A stretch of DNA of 64,000 nt, from assembly GCA_964389675.1 (NCBI GenBank), contig CAYMEV010000002.1, positions 62,001-126,000 on the forward strand, read 5' to 3'. Below, piece after piece: positions 19,224 to 29,071 of this stretch. The notes below the pieces were generated by a model, which was given only the letters and a program-made list of their open reading frames with translations, was not told the origin of the DNA and searched no databases. Each line of letters begins with the position of its first letter. Position 1 is the stretch's first letter. A program made the translations under genes and the position numbers. The DNA is from an uncultured Candidatus Sumerlaeota bacterium. GTDB lineage: Bacteria > CAYMEV01.

Positions 19224-19622
19224 CTAATGCTGTTTTTTGTATCTTTCTATATCACTTGAAATTTCTGGCTTATCCAGCCAGAAAGTATGCTTGTTCCTGC
19301 TTTTCCTGATAGGCGATTTTCCAAATAGTCTCATGATTAAGCCTATAGGGGTAATTGCGATAAAGAAAACAATGAACATGAGAACATATGTATTTGCTGT
19401 ACCAAGTGCTTTTGCAATGCAGAGCCAGAGAAAATACAGAGGAATCATTAATTTCCAGGAAAGGAAGGGAATAATTATAAAAGCAAGACCTGCTGAACCT
19501 ATTATACAGTAATTCTTCTGAAAGATAAAGAGAAGAACTGCTATAATAATAAGGGCTGTCCCGACAACGGGGAAAAAAAGGCGGATTTCTTTCTTATTCA
19601 GTTTATCCTTTATGCGAAACAT
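19224..19622 (-). CDS. SxtJ-family membrane protein
   Basis: Probable ATG at 19622, 1 bp after the carbamoyltransferase stop. LYFLWLCIAKALG...VFFIAITPIGLIMRLFGK..I...TFW...YKKQ pattern. Confidence 0.8.
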   Translation of the reverse strand: MFRIKDKLNKKEIRLFFPVVGTALIIIAVLLFIFQKNYCIIGSAGLAFIIIPFLSWKLMIPLYFLWLCIAKALGTANTYVLMFIVFFIAITPIGLIMRLFGKSPIRKSRNKHTFWLDKPEISSDIERYKKQH

Positions 19623-19623
19623 A

Positions 19624-21441
19624 TCAATCCAGTTCAAACTCCTGTTTCCAGTCGATATTATCATTAAAAGCAGGCTGATTTTTTTTATCAAGCAGCAGGT
19701 TTTCCAAAACCAGGAAATCCATATCAGTTCTCATGAAGCATTTGTAAGCATCTTCAGGACTGCATACTATAGGTTCTCCCCTTACATTGAAGGATGTATT
19801 GACTATTACAGGACATCCGCTTATTTTGTGGTATTCTGTCAGGAGCTTATGATAAACAGGATTCTGTGTCCTGTTTATTGTTTGAAGCCTGGCTGAGTAA
19901 TCTACATGTGTGACAGCAGGAATATCTGACCTGGAAATATTAAGCAGATCGATTCCAAAAAGTGATTCCTTTTCTTTTGGCACAGGTTTTCTTATATCAT
20001 TCTTAACAAATGCAGTGAGAAGCATATAAGGGCTGGGTTTATCAAAATCGAAGTATTTGCTCGCCTCTTCTTCAAGGACTGAAGGGGCAAAAGGCCTGAA
20101 AGATTCTCTGAATTTAATTTTCAGGTTCATCTTTGTCTGCATATCTTTAAGCCTGGCATCACCAATTATGCTCCTGTGTCCAAGTGCCCTGGGCCCAAAC
20201 TCCATTTTTCCATTAAACCATCCTATTACGTTTCCTTCATTGAGCAATTCGGCTGTTTTCATGATTATCTCATCCTGCGAAAGCCTTGTATAGGGTATCT
20301 GGTTCTTTTTGAGGAATTCCTCTATTTCACCGCTGTCATACCTTGGACCCAGGAAAGACCCCTTCTGGTGGTCATGAGCGCTGACCTGCCTTGGTCTGTC
20401 AAGAAGCTGATACCATACAAAAAGTGCTGATCCGAGAGCTCCTCCGGCATCGCCTGCAGCAGGCTGTATCCAGATATCGTTGTAGAGACCTTCTCTGTGC
20501 AGCCTGCCGTTTGCTACACAATTCAGCGCAACTCCCCCGGCAAGTACAAGATTGTCTTTATTAGTTATCTTCCTGGCAAACCTGGCCATTTTATATATTA
20601 TATCTTCTGTGACAACCTGTATTGATTTTGCTATATCCATATGGAACTGTGTAAGCTTTGATTCGCTGGTTCTCGGTGGTGATCCGAAAAGCCTGTGGAA
20701 TTGTTTATTTGTCATTGTAAGGCCATAGCAGTAGCAGAAATAGTCCAGGTTCAGCTCGAAGCTCCCGTCGTCTTTCAGATTTATGAGGTTATCCATTATT
20801 TTATCAACATACCTGGGTTTTCCGTATGGAGCCAGCCCCATGAGCTTATATTCCCCGCTGTTGACCTTGAAGCCACAGTAATAGGTGAAAGCTGAATATA
20901 AAAGTCCCAGAGAATGAGGGAAGTGAAGCTCTTTGATTATCTTTATTTTATTTCCCTCTCCTACACCTATCGAGGCGGTTGCCCATTCACCAACACCGTC
21001 CATTGTAAGTATGGCAGCCTCTTTGAAAGGGGAGGGGAAAAACGCAGAAGCAGCATGTGATTCATGGTGTTCCGTATACAGTATGTCCTTCTTAAATTTG
21101 ATTTCTTTATGTATTTTATCAGCAATCCAGAGTTTATCCTTTATCCATAGAGGGATAGCCTTTATAAAAGATGGAAGCCCTCTGGGGGCAAAAGACAGGT
21201 ATGTTTCAAGTATCCTTTCAAATTTTAGAAAGGGTTTATCATAAAACACTATATGATCCAGGTCATCAATTTCCAGCCCTGAGCTTTCAAGACAATATTC
21301 CACGGCATTGGAAGGGAAATTGAAATCATGCTTTATCCTGGTAAACCTTTCTTCCTGAGCTGCGGAGATTATATCCCCGTCTTTTACAAGCGCTGCTGCA
21401 CTGTCATGATAGAATGCTGAAATTCCTAAAATATTTGTCAT
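19624..21441 (-). CDS. O-carbamoyltransferase, CmcH/NodU family (SxtI-like)
   Basis: GISAFYHDSAA, QEERFTRIKHD, HHESHAASAF, DGVGE, GEYKLMGLAPYG, GPRALGHRS, NTSFNVRGEP. Confidence 0.95.
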   Translation of the reverse strand: MTNILGISAFYHDSAAALVKDGDIISAAQEERFTRIKHDFNFPSNAVEYCLESSGLEIDDLDHIVFYDKPFLKFERILETYLSFAPRGLPSFIKAIPLWIKDKLWIADKIHKEIKFKKDILYTEHHESHAASAFFPSPFKEAAILTMDGVGEWATASIGVGEGNKIKIIKELHFPHSLGLLYSAFTYYCGFKVNSGEYKLMGLAPYGKPRYVDKIMDNLINLKDDGSFELNLDYFCYCYGLTMTNKQFHRLFGSPPRTSESKLTQFHMDIAKSIQVVTEDIIYKMARFARKITNKDNLVLAGGVALNCVANGRLHREGLYNDIWIQPAAGDAGGALGSALFVWYQLLDRPRQVSAHDHQKGSFLGPRYDSGEIEEFLKKNQIPYTRLSQDEIIMKTAELLNEGNVIGWFNGKMEFGPRALGHRSIIGDARLKDMQTKMNLKIKFRESFRPFAPSVLEEEASKYFDFDKPSPYMLLTAFVKNDIRKPVPKEKESLFGIDLLNISRSDIPAVTHVDYSARLQTINRTQNPVYHKLLTEYHKISGCPVIVNTSFNVRGEPIVCSPEDAYKCFMRTDMDFLVLENLLLDKKNQPAFNDNIDWKQEFELD

Positions 21442-21566
21442 AAAATCTCTTTATTATTTTATATTGAATAATACATTCTATTTTTTTGGAGTATTTGGTC
21501 AATAAAAATTGGTTTATATAGTCCTGGGGGAATTGTGTGAAAAATCGCCTCTCTTTACCGGTCTTG

Positions 21567-21606
21567 AAAAAAGAGGGCTGATATTATATTCCAGCCCCCT
21601 TTTTTT
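21567..21606 (-). terminator. Rho-independent terminator downstream of lpdA
   Basis: Minus strand reads GGGGGCTG-loop-CAGCCCTC then UUUUUU (one G-U pair), a few bp after the lpdA stop. Confidence 0.8.
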
Positions 21607-21610
21607 ATAA

Positions 21611-22990
21611 TCAAGGTTTTAGTACATGTATGGGAAAACCTTCTGCAAGGTGGGCTGTTTCCATAATTGCTTCACCTATCGTGGGGTGTGCATGGATAGT
21701 CCTGGAGATATCTCTGATACCCAAACCATTGGTAATGGCAAATGTGGGCTCAAAGACAAGTTCAGGAGAAAGTGCCCCGATCATATGGAATCCCAGAAGC
21801 CTGTGCTCATTGTAAAGCATTTTTATAAATCCATCAGTCTCGCCAATAACCTGTGATTTCGCAACAGCCTTAAGTGGAAATACTGCTTTTTTATAGGCAA
21901 TATTATTCTGGTCAAGTTCTTTTTCTGTCATTCCTGCATGGCTTATTTCAGGCATACTGTAAATAAAGCTCGGTATGGCATTATAGTTTATTGTGGTTTC
22001 TTTCCCCATTATGTGGTCTACAGCCCTGAGGCCTTCAGCTGTTGCTACATGTGCGAGCTGAGGCGTATTTAAAATATCACCTGCTGCATAAATGGACTCA
22101 ACAGCTGTCTGGCCGAATTTATTTACCGGTATGCAGCCTTTCTCAAGCAGAATGCCTGCAGATTCTATATTGAGACTAAATGTATCAGGAACTCTTCCTG
22201 TAGAAACCAGCACCTTATCGGCAGATATCTCGACATTTCCCTTTGGAGAAGTGGCATAAACCTTAACAAGGCCGTTTTGAGGGACCAGTTTCTGAACTGC
22301 AGCAGATGTATGGAATTTTATTCTTTTCCTGCTGAAAATACCCTCGAGGTGTTCAGATATTTCTGAATCTTCAAGGGGAGCAAGGCTTGGAAGCATCTCA
22401 ATTATGGTAATCCTTGAACCTAAAGCATTGAAAATGGAAGCAAATTCCAGCCCTATTGCCCCGGCTCCAATAATAACAAGCTCCTCGGGTATATCGCTGA
22501 GTTCAAGAATCTGCCTGCTGGTTATTATGCCGGGGTCTTCTGTCTCAAATGCTTTCGGTATGGAAGGCCTGGAGCCTGTTGCAACTAAAAAGAACCGTGA
22601 TTCAAGTGTCCTGCCGTCTGAAAGCGATATTTTGCTTTTATTTATAAAGCTTGCAGTGCCCTTGAAGATATCCACGCTGTTCTTATGTAAGAGATATTCA
22701 ACTCCTTTTACGATATTTTTTACCAGTTTGTCCTTTCTATCCCTGATATTGGCCAGTGAGAAGGATATATTATCAATCTTATCCAATCCAAATTTGCCTG
22801 CATTTTTTATCTTGGTAAGAAGGTGACAGGACTCATAGTATGATTTTGTAGGAATGCATCCCCAGTTTAGGCAGGTGCCTCCGAATACTGGATTTTTTTC
22901 AATGATGGCAGTTTTCAGCCCGTACTGGGAAGCCCGTATGGCGGAAGGGTATCCCGCAGGTCCTCCTCCTATTACAATTAGATCGTACAT
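21611..22990 (-). CDS. lpdA: Dihydrolipoyl dehydrogenase
   Basis: GGGPAG FAD motif, GGTCLNWGCIP redox disulfide, GAGAIGLE, HAHPTIGE. Confidence 0.95.
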   Translation of the reverse strand: MYDLIVIGGGPAGYPSAIRASQYGLKTAIIEKNPVFGGTCLNWGCIPTKSYYESCHLLTKIKNAGKFGLDKIDNISFSLANIRDRKDKLVKNIVKGVEYLLHKNSVDIFKGTASFINKSKISLSDGRTLESRFFLVATGSRPSIPKAFETEDPGIITSRQILELSDIPEELVIIGAGAIGLEFASIFNALGSRITIIEMLPSLAPLEDSEISEHLEGIFSRKRIKFHTSAAVQKLVPQNGLVKVYATSPKGNVEISADKVLVSTGRVPDTFSLNIESAGILLEKGCIPVNKFGQTAVESIYAAGDILNTPQLAHVATAEGLRAVDHIMGKETTINYNAIPSFIYSMPEISHAGMTEKELDQNNIAYKKAVFPLKAVAKSQVIGETDGFIKMLYNEHRLLGFHMIGALSPELVFEPTFAITNGLGIRDISRTIHAHPTIGEAIMETAHLAEGFPIHVLKP

Positions 22991-23011
22991 TATTAAAGAA
23001 CTCCTTATGAT

Positions 23012-24157
23012 TTACTGGACTGCTATGATGATCTTTTCCAGTTTTAGCCTCTTTTTGTTAAGTATTGATATTTCAAATACTGAACCATCAGGGGCCAGGT
23101 TTATACTGAAATCCTTTCCCTGTTCAAAAAGATCTGGCAGAATATTGATTCTCTGCACCTTTTCCATGCCCAGTTCACCGGCTTCGATTATGATTTTGCC
23201 TGCCATGTCAAGATCAATGGTCTGATATTTTTCAATGATATCAACATTTTTGAGTGAAGGCTTGCCAAATATAGAAACACTGATAATCCCGTCTTCTTTC
23301 AGTTTCGATACCGGCCCGGCATAGTAATATAATGAACTTAGCATGATATCCTTCTCCTGGCTGACAAGGGTTATCTGGTCAAGTGTTTCCAGTATCTCCT
23401 TTCTCTCAGTCTCCAATGAGGCGATCTGTGATGTAAGCATGTTTTTTCTTATCTCAAGTTCCTGAAGCTCAGCGGTAAGCTCTTTCTGCATATCAATCGC
23501 TTCGTTCCTTTCTTTTATCAGTTTATTCACAAACCTTTCCTTTATGAAATTAGGTGATTGGCTTGCAGTGCCCTGAAGAACAGAAGAACCGTATTCAGTG
23601 CCGTCATAGAAATGATATACTATAAATCCAGGCAGCAGGTGATCAAAAAGAGCGACCCTCTCTACAAGCTTGCGTGCATCTTCGGGGCTCAGTCCCTGTT
23701 TATCGATAAGAAAACGCATTGCAAGGTCATAGTGGTTATCTCCCTCTTCAACTACATCCGGCTGGGGCAGCATTGAGAGCAGTCTATCCCTTTCCCTTTT
23801 AAGCGATGATAACTCTTTGTCTTTCAGCATTACCTGCTCGATTATTTCTTCATAAGTAATCCCTTCTTCCTTTTTCAGCTTTTCATTCAGGAATTCCTGG
23901 GCTTCAGGGGTCAGCTCAAGCTGTGATACTTCTGATTTGAATAACTCAGGGTCATCCTTGGAGTATCTGGTTATCACCCTCTTTAAATCTTCTTCAGTTT
24001 CAGCCAGTTCCTGGTTCAGGCTTTCAATCTGCTGGACAAGCTTCTGCTGTTCGCTTATTGCTTCGCTCTCTGTCTTCTTGCAGCATGAGAAAATAAAGCC
24101 GGTTAGAATAAGGGTGATTGAAATTGCAATAATTTTTATTTCTGTTCTCATATTCAT
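23012..24157 (-). CDS. Hypothetical coiled-coil lipoprotein with possible LysM-like segment
   Basis: Signal peptide with lipobox-like FIFSC, long heptad coiled coils, VVEEGDNHYDLA motif. Confidence 0.6.
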   Translation of the reverse strand: MNMRTEIKIIAISITLILTGFIFSCCKKTESEAISEQQKLVQQIESLNQELAETEEDLKRVITRYSKDDPELFKSEVSQLELTPEAQEFLNEKLKKEEGITYEEIIEQVMLKDKELSSLKRERDRLLSMLPQPDVVEEGDNHYDLAMRFLIDKQGLSPEDARKLVERVALFDHLLPGFIVYHFYDGTEYGSSVLQGTASQSPNFIKERFVNKLIKERNEAIDMQKELTAELQELEIRKNMLTSQIASLETERKEILETLDQITLVSQEKDIMLSSLYYYAGPVSKLKEDGIISVSIFGKPSLKNVDIIEKYQTIDLDMAGKIIIEAGELGMEKVQRINILPDLFEQGKDFSINLAPDGSVFEISILNKKRLKLEKIIIAVQ

Positions 24158-24175
24158 AAATAATTTCTCCTTTTT

Positions 24176-25417
24176 TTATTGATCATTTAATTTTAGCCAG
24201 AAGTGGTATTTAGAATCTAATGTTAGAAATTTACCATAGTTAGGGAATTTGTATGGGATATCGGAAAACATATGTCGTGTACTGTTCTCAAGATTCAAAA
24301 TGCCAATTTCCATTCCTTCACCCTTTGTCAATGTAGAAAATACTATAAATTTTTCGTTACCCGGGTCAAATGCCAGGCTTGCTGCTCTCTCTATGACAGC
24401 TAGTGTCTCTTTGGACTGAAGTTCCCTTATATGGAAATCGACCTGGCTGTCAAAGATTCTCTGCATAGTCTGCCTTTTTGGTATTTCAGCCGGATTTTCA
24501 CCTTGTTTTACCAGGCTTTCATGCATCGATACTGCAATTATTCCTTTGTATATACTGTAGGTAAATACAGAAGCATTTTCTTCAGATAAATATACTTCCT
24601 GCTGGCTGGTTTTCAGATCCATCCTGTATATTTCCCTGTCACCAGCCCTGTCGTCAGCAATTGAAAAATACAGCATATCGTTATAAAGTGCAAGTTTCTG
24701 ATGCTTTTTATAGTCATGGGCAAGAACTGTTGCTGTAGATCCTGCAGAAATATCTGTTCTCATTATGGATTTTACCTTTTTTAGCTCAGGGTATCCCTTC
24801 AGCCAGTAGATATATTTCCCGGAATCAGAGAAAAGACATGGGATGGAATTATTTTCCGGGCTGTATTCTTTAAATAGAAGCTGTTTTGTTGACAGGTCAA
24901 TAACTACCAGGTTCCACCTGTTTTTTATCGTATCAGCAAAAGCAATAAGCGGTGCATCCTGTGAAGCTACAAGGTTATCGCAATTCCCAACGGTCTTTAT
25001 CAGGTAATATTTTGCTTTTTTAAGATCAACAAAACCAATTACTGAGGATTTTTTGCCCTTTACCAGAACCTCCATCGCCAGATAATGTGAATTATCAACA
25101 GGATATAGTTTAATTTCATTAAGGGAATTTGTGTTCGTTATATTATAGAGGGCGCCATTCTCATACAGGCAAAAAATATCACGTGATTTTTCCTTATCAA
25201 CAGCGCTGAAAACAATCGGGTCAGGAAGTGATACTTTAAGCGGATTTATGTTTATATGGCTGAAATGGAGTGGAACCTCATATATACTGTAAGAATCTCC
25301 CTTTGTTATAAGCCTGAAATCGTTCATTGAATTATCCAGAAGGAACCGGTATATTGCAAAAACCGCTGTCAGTATAAAAATAACAGATATAAATCCAATA
25401 ATTGCAGTCTTTTTCAT
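24176..25417 (-). CDS. Membrane-anchored beta-propeller (TolB-like) hypothetical protein
   Basis: Probable start MKKTAII at 25417. Single N-terminal TM; FSDSGKYIYW and DREIYRMDL propeller-like blades. Confidence 0.6.
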   Translation of the reverse strand: MKKTAIIGFISVIFILTAVFAIYRFLLDNSMNDFRLITKGDSYSIYEVPLHFSHININPLKVSLPDPIVFSAVDKEKSRDIFCLYENGALYNITNTNSLNEIKLYPVDNSHYLAMEVLVKGKKSSVIGFVDLKKAKYYLIKTVGNCDNLVASQDAPLIAFADTIKNRWNLVVIDLSTKQLLFKEYSPENNSIPCLFSDSGKYIYWLKGYPELKKVKSIMRTDISAGSTATVLAHDYKKHQKLALYNDMLYFSIADDRAGDREIYRMDLKTSQQEVYLSEENASVFTYSIYKGIIAVSMHESLVKQGENPAEIPKRQTMQRIFDSQVDFHIRELQSKETLAVIERAASLAFDPGNEKFIVFSTLTKGEGMEIGILNLENSTRHMFSDIPYKFPNYGKFLTLDSKYHFWLKLNDQ

Positions 25418-25572
25418 TTTGATACTACCTTTTTTATTGCTGAATTTAATTAATGATATTAACCAATATAAAGCGCTGTTCAAGAAAATATTTCTAAAAT
25501 GGACGGCAGCAATTTTTACTGCTTTCATCAAAAAATTTTAGTGCATATTTTATTCTTTTGTTTTTAATTTTT

Positions 25573-25601
25573 TTGACAAAAAAATCAAAACATATTAAAT
25601 A
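25573..25601 (+). promoter_or_regulatory. Possible promoter of the ATPase operon
   Basis: Perfect TTGACA at 25573 with an AT-rich, weak -10. Overlaps a TTTTGA-n8-TCAAAA inverted repeat. Confidence 0.3.
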
Positions 25602-25638
25602 AAGCCAACCTTATTATAACATAAGAGAGAGTCAATAA

Positions 25639-25944
25639 ATGGAAAAGATAATTGCAAGTATTTTGTTAAAAGAGCAGGAGGCAGACCAGCTGATCAAGGA
25701 TACCAACAAGAAAGCTTTTGATATTATACAAAACTCAAGGGAAGAAGCCAGTAAGATAATCCAGGATGCTCAGGAGAAAGCGGGGAAGAAGGGAAATGAA
25801 TTTATTGAAGCATCCACCGCTGTTGCGACATCTGAAAGTGAACTGCTGATGAAAAGCTTTGATGGTATGGTCAAGGAAATTAAAAATAAAGCTCAAAAAA
25901 ACACTGAAAAAGCACTCGAATTTATTTTCAGGAAGATCACATAG
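25639..25944 (+). CDS. A/V-type ATP synthase subunit G/H (peripheral stalk)
   Basis: Small charged helical protein (KEQEADQLI...AQEKA), first gene of the operon. Confidence 0.8.
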   Translation: MEKIIASILLKEQEADQLIKDTNKKAFDIIQNSREEASKIIQDAQEKAGKKGNEFIEASTAVATSESELLMKSFDGMVKEIKNKAQKNTEKALEFIFRKIT

Positions 25945-27957
25945 ATGGCAATTGACAGTATTAAGAAAATAAAGATAGCTGTTCATAAAAGATACAAACT
26001 TGCCCTCTTAAATCATATATATAATCTTGAGATGGTACATATAGACAATGTAGAGGGATTGAAGCAGCTTGACAGCAATCCTGTCCTTGAAGAGATTGAA
26101 AAGGATGACAGGGAGAAATATAAAAAAAGGCTGCAGAGAATAAATTCTGCCCTGTCATTCCTTTCAAGATACCAGAAGCCAGAAAGCCTCATACAATCAT
26201 TTTTCCCGAGTAAGATCTTCATAGACAAGGAAACACTGGAAGAGATCAAAGATGGGTTCAATATGGATGTTTATGTTCATGACATCCTGAAAATAAGTGA
26301 GGAAGAAGCAAGGCTTAAAAGGGAGCAATCTCAGCTTGAAACACTGATTCATGAACTCAACCCCTTTCTGTTCATTAAGGATAAGATCGGTGATATCGGT
26401 GATACTGCATCAACGAGGGTAAAAACCGGGCTTATATCAAAACAGGACTTTCTGAAATTTTCAGAAAAGGCAAATGAATTTTTGCCTTTAGCCTTTCAGT
26501 ATAATGAATATAATCCCAAGGATGTATTTATCTACCTTGTTTACCATAAAAAAATTGAAAATGAAATTAATGAGCTGTTCAGCAGCTTCTCATTTATTGA
26601 ACATGCTTTTTCAAATCAGCTGAAGAATACTCCTGAAAAAGAATATTCAATGATCAATAATAAACTTAAAAAGATAAAGGATAGACTGGGAAAGCTTTAC
26701 GAAAACGGGCAAAGGCTGGCAAAAGATTCAGATAAGCTTAAGGTTTTCTATGACCTGATTACCAGGAATTTAGACATTTATGTCATACAGGACTCTATAA
26801 AAGGAACAAAAACAGCTGTTTTTATAAACGGCTGGATAAGGGAGAAAGATATACCGGCGTTTCAGAAATCAGTGGAAAGGTATAAAGAGATGCATATTGA
26901 TTATTCAGAACCTGAAGCTGACCAGGATATCCCGGTTTCCCTTACTACCCTTAAAATCTTCAAGCCATTTCAGATGGTGCTTAAACTATATGCTTTGCCA
27001 AGGTTCTTTGAGGTTGATCCAACCTTTATACTCGCTCCATTTTTTGCGTTATTTTTCGCACTTTGCCTTACTGACGCAGGGTACGGCCTTATTCTTGTCC
27101 TGCTTTCTCTCTTACTGTATAAAAGCCGGAAGGTTGAGAAAGGCTCTGAGCTTCTATTCAAACTGATGATATTCAGCGGAATCCTTACCGTAATAGCGGG
27201 TATTCTTACAGGGGGATTCCTCGGCTACAGCCTTAGAGGAATTCCTGTGCTGGACAGGCTTATCCTGCTTGACCTTAACAGCGAGTCATCTGATTCTGCT
27301 GAACCGCCTTCGATCACCTTTCTGAAAATAGCGCTTCTTCTGGGGATTATACATGTTATTGCTGGTATAGCAATACGGGGATATATGAAGATCAGGGAGA
27401 AAAAGCTTTTCAGTGCTATTGTTGATGAAGCTAACCAGATACTGCTAATTATTTTCGGCAGTATTTATGTTGGTAATTTTCTCAGTTTTATAAATATTGA
27501 CAAGGATTCCATGCTGCTCACTGTAGCAGGCTATGGAATGCTTGTCACCTCAGTTATATTCATACTCTTTATAGGGAGGGAGCTGAAAAAGCCTATTCCT
27601 GTGGTAGGGAAAGGCCTCTTTGAGTATTACAGCTTTTTTTCCGGTACTTTTGGAGATGTATTATCATATGCACGTCTGATGGCCCTTGGAATGGCGACAG
27701 GCGTTACGGCAAAATCAGTTGGCATGATATCAGGCATGGTTTTTGATATTAAAATAATCGGCCCGATCATAGGGATTCTGATTTTTATCGTAGGACACCT
27801 GTTTATGATGATAATCAATGCACTGGGGAGTTTTATCCATACAGCCAGGCTGCAGTATCTTGAGTTCTTTACAAAATTTTATGAGGGCGGCGGAAGGGAA
27901 TTCAAACCTTTCAAGCATAATAAGAAATATATTATATTCGAAAATGATGTTGCATAA
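25945..27957 (+). CDS. atpI: A/V-type ATP synthase subunit I (a)
   Basis: EVDPT, DAGYG, GDVLSYARLMALG, HTARLQYLEFFTKFYEGGG. Confidence 0.95.
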   Translation: MAIDSIKKIKIAVHKRYKLALLNHIYNLEMVHIDNVEGLKQLDSNPVLEEIEKDDREKYKKRLQRINSALSFLSRYQKPESLIQSFFPSKIFIDKETLEEIKDGFNMDVYVHDILKISEEEARLKREQSQLETLIHELNPFLFIKDKIGDIGDTASTRVKTGLISKQDFLKFSEKANEFLPLAFQYNEYNPKDVFIYLVYHKKIENEINELFSSFSFIEHAFSNQLKNTPEKEYSMINNKLKKIKDRLGKLYENGQRLAKDSDKLKVFYDLITRNLDIYVIQDSIKGTKTAVFINGWIREKDIPAFQKSVERYKEMHIDYSEPEADQDIPVSLTTLKIFKPFQMVLKLYALPRFFEVDPTFILAPFFALFFALCLTDAGYGLILVLLSLLLYKSRKVEKGSELLFKLMIFSGILTVIAGILTGGFLGYSLRGIPVLDRLILLDLNSESSDSAEPPSITFLKIALLLGIIHVIAGIAIRGYMKIREKKLFSAIVDEANQILLIIFGSIYVGNFLSFINIDKDSMLLTVAGYGMLVTSVIFILFIGRELKKPIPVVGKGLFEYYSFFSGTFGDVLSYARLMALGMATGVTAKSVGMISGMVFDIKIIGPIIGILIFIVGHLFMMIINALGSFIHTARLQYLEFFTKFYEGGGREFKPFKHNKKYIIFENDVA

Positions 27958-27992
27958 ATAAAGATCATTTTTTTAAGGAGGTTAACATACTA

Positions 27993-28475
27993 ATGGAAAT
28001 AATCGCACAAGCATTGGCAATGCTCGGTGTAGCTTTTGCGGTCGCACTTGCAGGTACAGGTTCTGCTGTTGGGATTGGTTATGTCGGCCAGGTTGCTTCA
28101 GGGATCCTCAGGGAAGATCCCGGTAAATTTGGTAAACTGATGCTTCTTGTTGCTCTTCCAGGAACACAGGGTATTTATGGTTTTGTTGTAGGATTTCTGC
28201 TGATGAATAAACTGAACCTGATAGGCGGAGGCGCAGAGATTAAGGAATGGACAATCGGCCTTGGACTGCAGGGTCTTGCAGCCGGATTGCCCATAGCACT
28301 TGCAGGGTTATTCTCGGCCATTCATCAGGGTAAGGTTTGTGCTTCCGGTGCAGGTCTTGTCGCAAAACAGCCTGATGCAATGGGTAAAGCCCTTATTCTA
28401 GGTGTGTTTGTTGAATTCTATGCAGTTTTGGGTTTGCTGGTTTCCATCTTTCTTATTAACGGCATGCAGGTATAA
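27993..28475 (+). CDS. atpK: A/V-type ATP synthase proteolipid subunit K (4-TM, Na+-binding signature)
   Basis: GSAVG, LPGTQGIYG, SAIHQG, VEFYA. Confidence 0.95.
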   Translation: MEIIAQALAMLGVAFAVALAGTGSAVGIGYVGQVASGILREDPGKFGKLMLLVALPGTQGIYGFVVGFLLMNKLNLIGGGAEIKEWTIGLGLQGLAAGLPIALAGLFSAIHQGKVCASGAGLVAKQPDAMGKALILGVFVEFYAVLGLLVSIFLINGMQV

Positions 28476-28480
28476 TTAAT

Positions 28481-29071
28481 ATGGCTTTAGAGGATATTCT
28501 GAAACTTATTAAAGAAGAAGCAGATTCTGAAGGAAAAAGGATAATTGCCGACGCTGAGACGGAAGCTGAGGCTATAAAAGACAATGCCAGAGAAGAAGCA
28601 AAGAAAGAAGAGAAAAGGCTTCTTGAATACTATAAGATGCAGGCAGAGAAGGAGAAATCAAGGATAGTCGACAATGCGAAGCTTGATATTAAAAAGAAGA
28701 TGCTTAGAGAAAAGCGCCATCTCCTTGATCTGCTATATGGTAAAGCAATTGAGAAATTTCAGAAGCTGAGCAGAGATGAGTATATATCCCTGATAAAGAA
28801 GCTTATTCTGGAAAATACAGTTACCAAAAAGGAAGAGATCATAATATCTAAAAAGGAAAAGCATATTAATCAGGCATTTATTGATGGCTTTAATAAGCAG
28901 AACAAGGGATTCAATATCTCACTTTCTGATAATAAGGGGGATTTTGAAGGAGGATTTCTTCTTAAGGCTGAGAAACAGCAGGTTGCCTGTACATTTGAAG
29001 CTCTTATCTCTTTAATAAAAGAAGAATATGAGGTTGAGCTTTCGAGAATCTATTTCGGGGAGGAAAAATGA
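28481..29071 (+). CDS. atpE: A/V-type ATP synthase subunit E
   Basis: MALEDILKLIKEEA helical N-terminus, GGFLL motif, operon position. Confidence 0.9.
   Translation: MALEDILKLIKEEADSEGKRIIADAETEAEAIKDNAREEAKKEEKRLLEYYKMQAEKEKSRIVDNAKLDIKKKMLREKRHLLDLLYGKAIEKFQKLSRDEYISLIKKLILENTVTKKEEIIISKKEKHINQAFIDGFNKQNKGFNISLSDNKGDFEGGFLLKAEKQQVACTFEALISLIKEEYEVELSRIYFGEEK

Noticed and set aside
19224-21441. Saxitoxin biosynthesis cluster (sxtI/sxtJ-like genes)
   Set aside because: No sxtA, sxtG or other core genes are present. SxtI/J homologs are widespread outside toxin producers, and the neighbours here are glycan genes.
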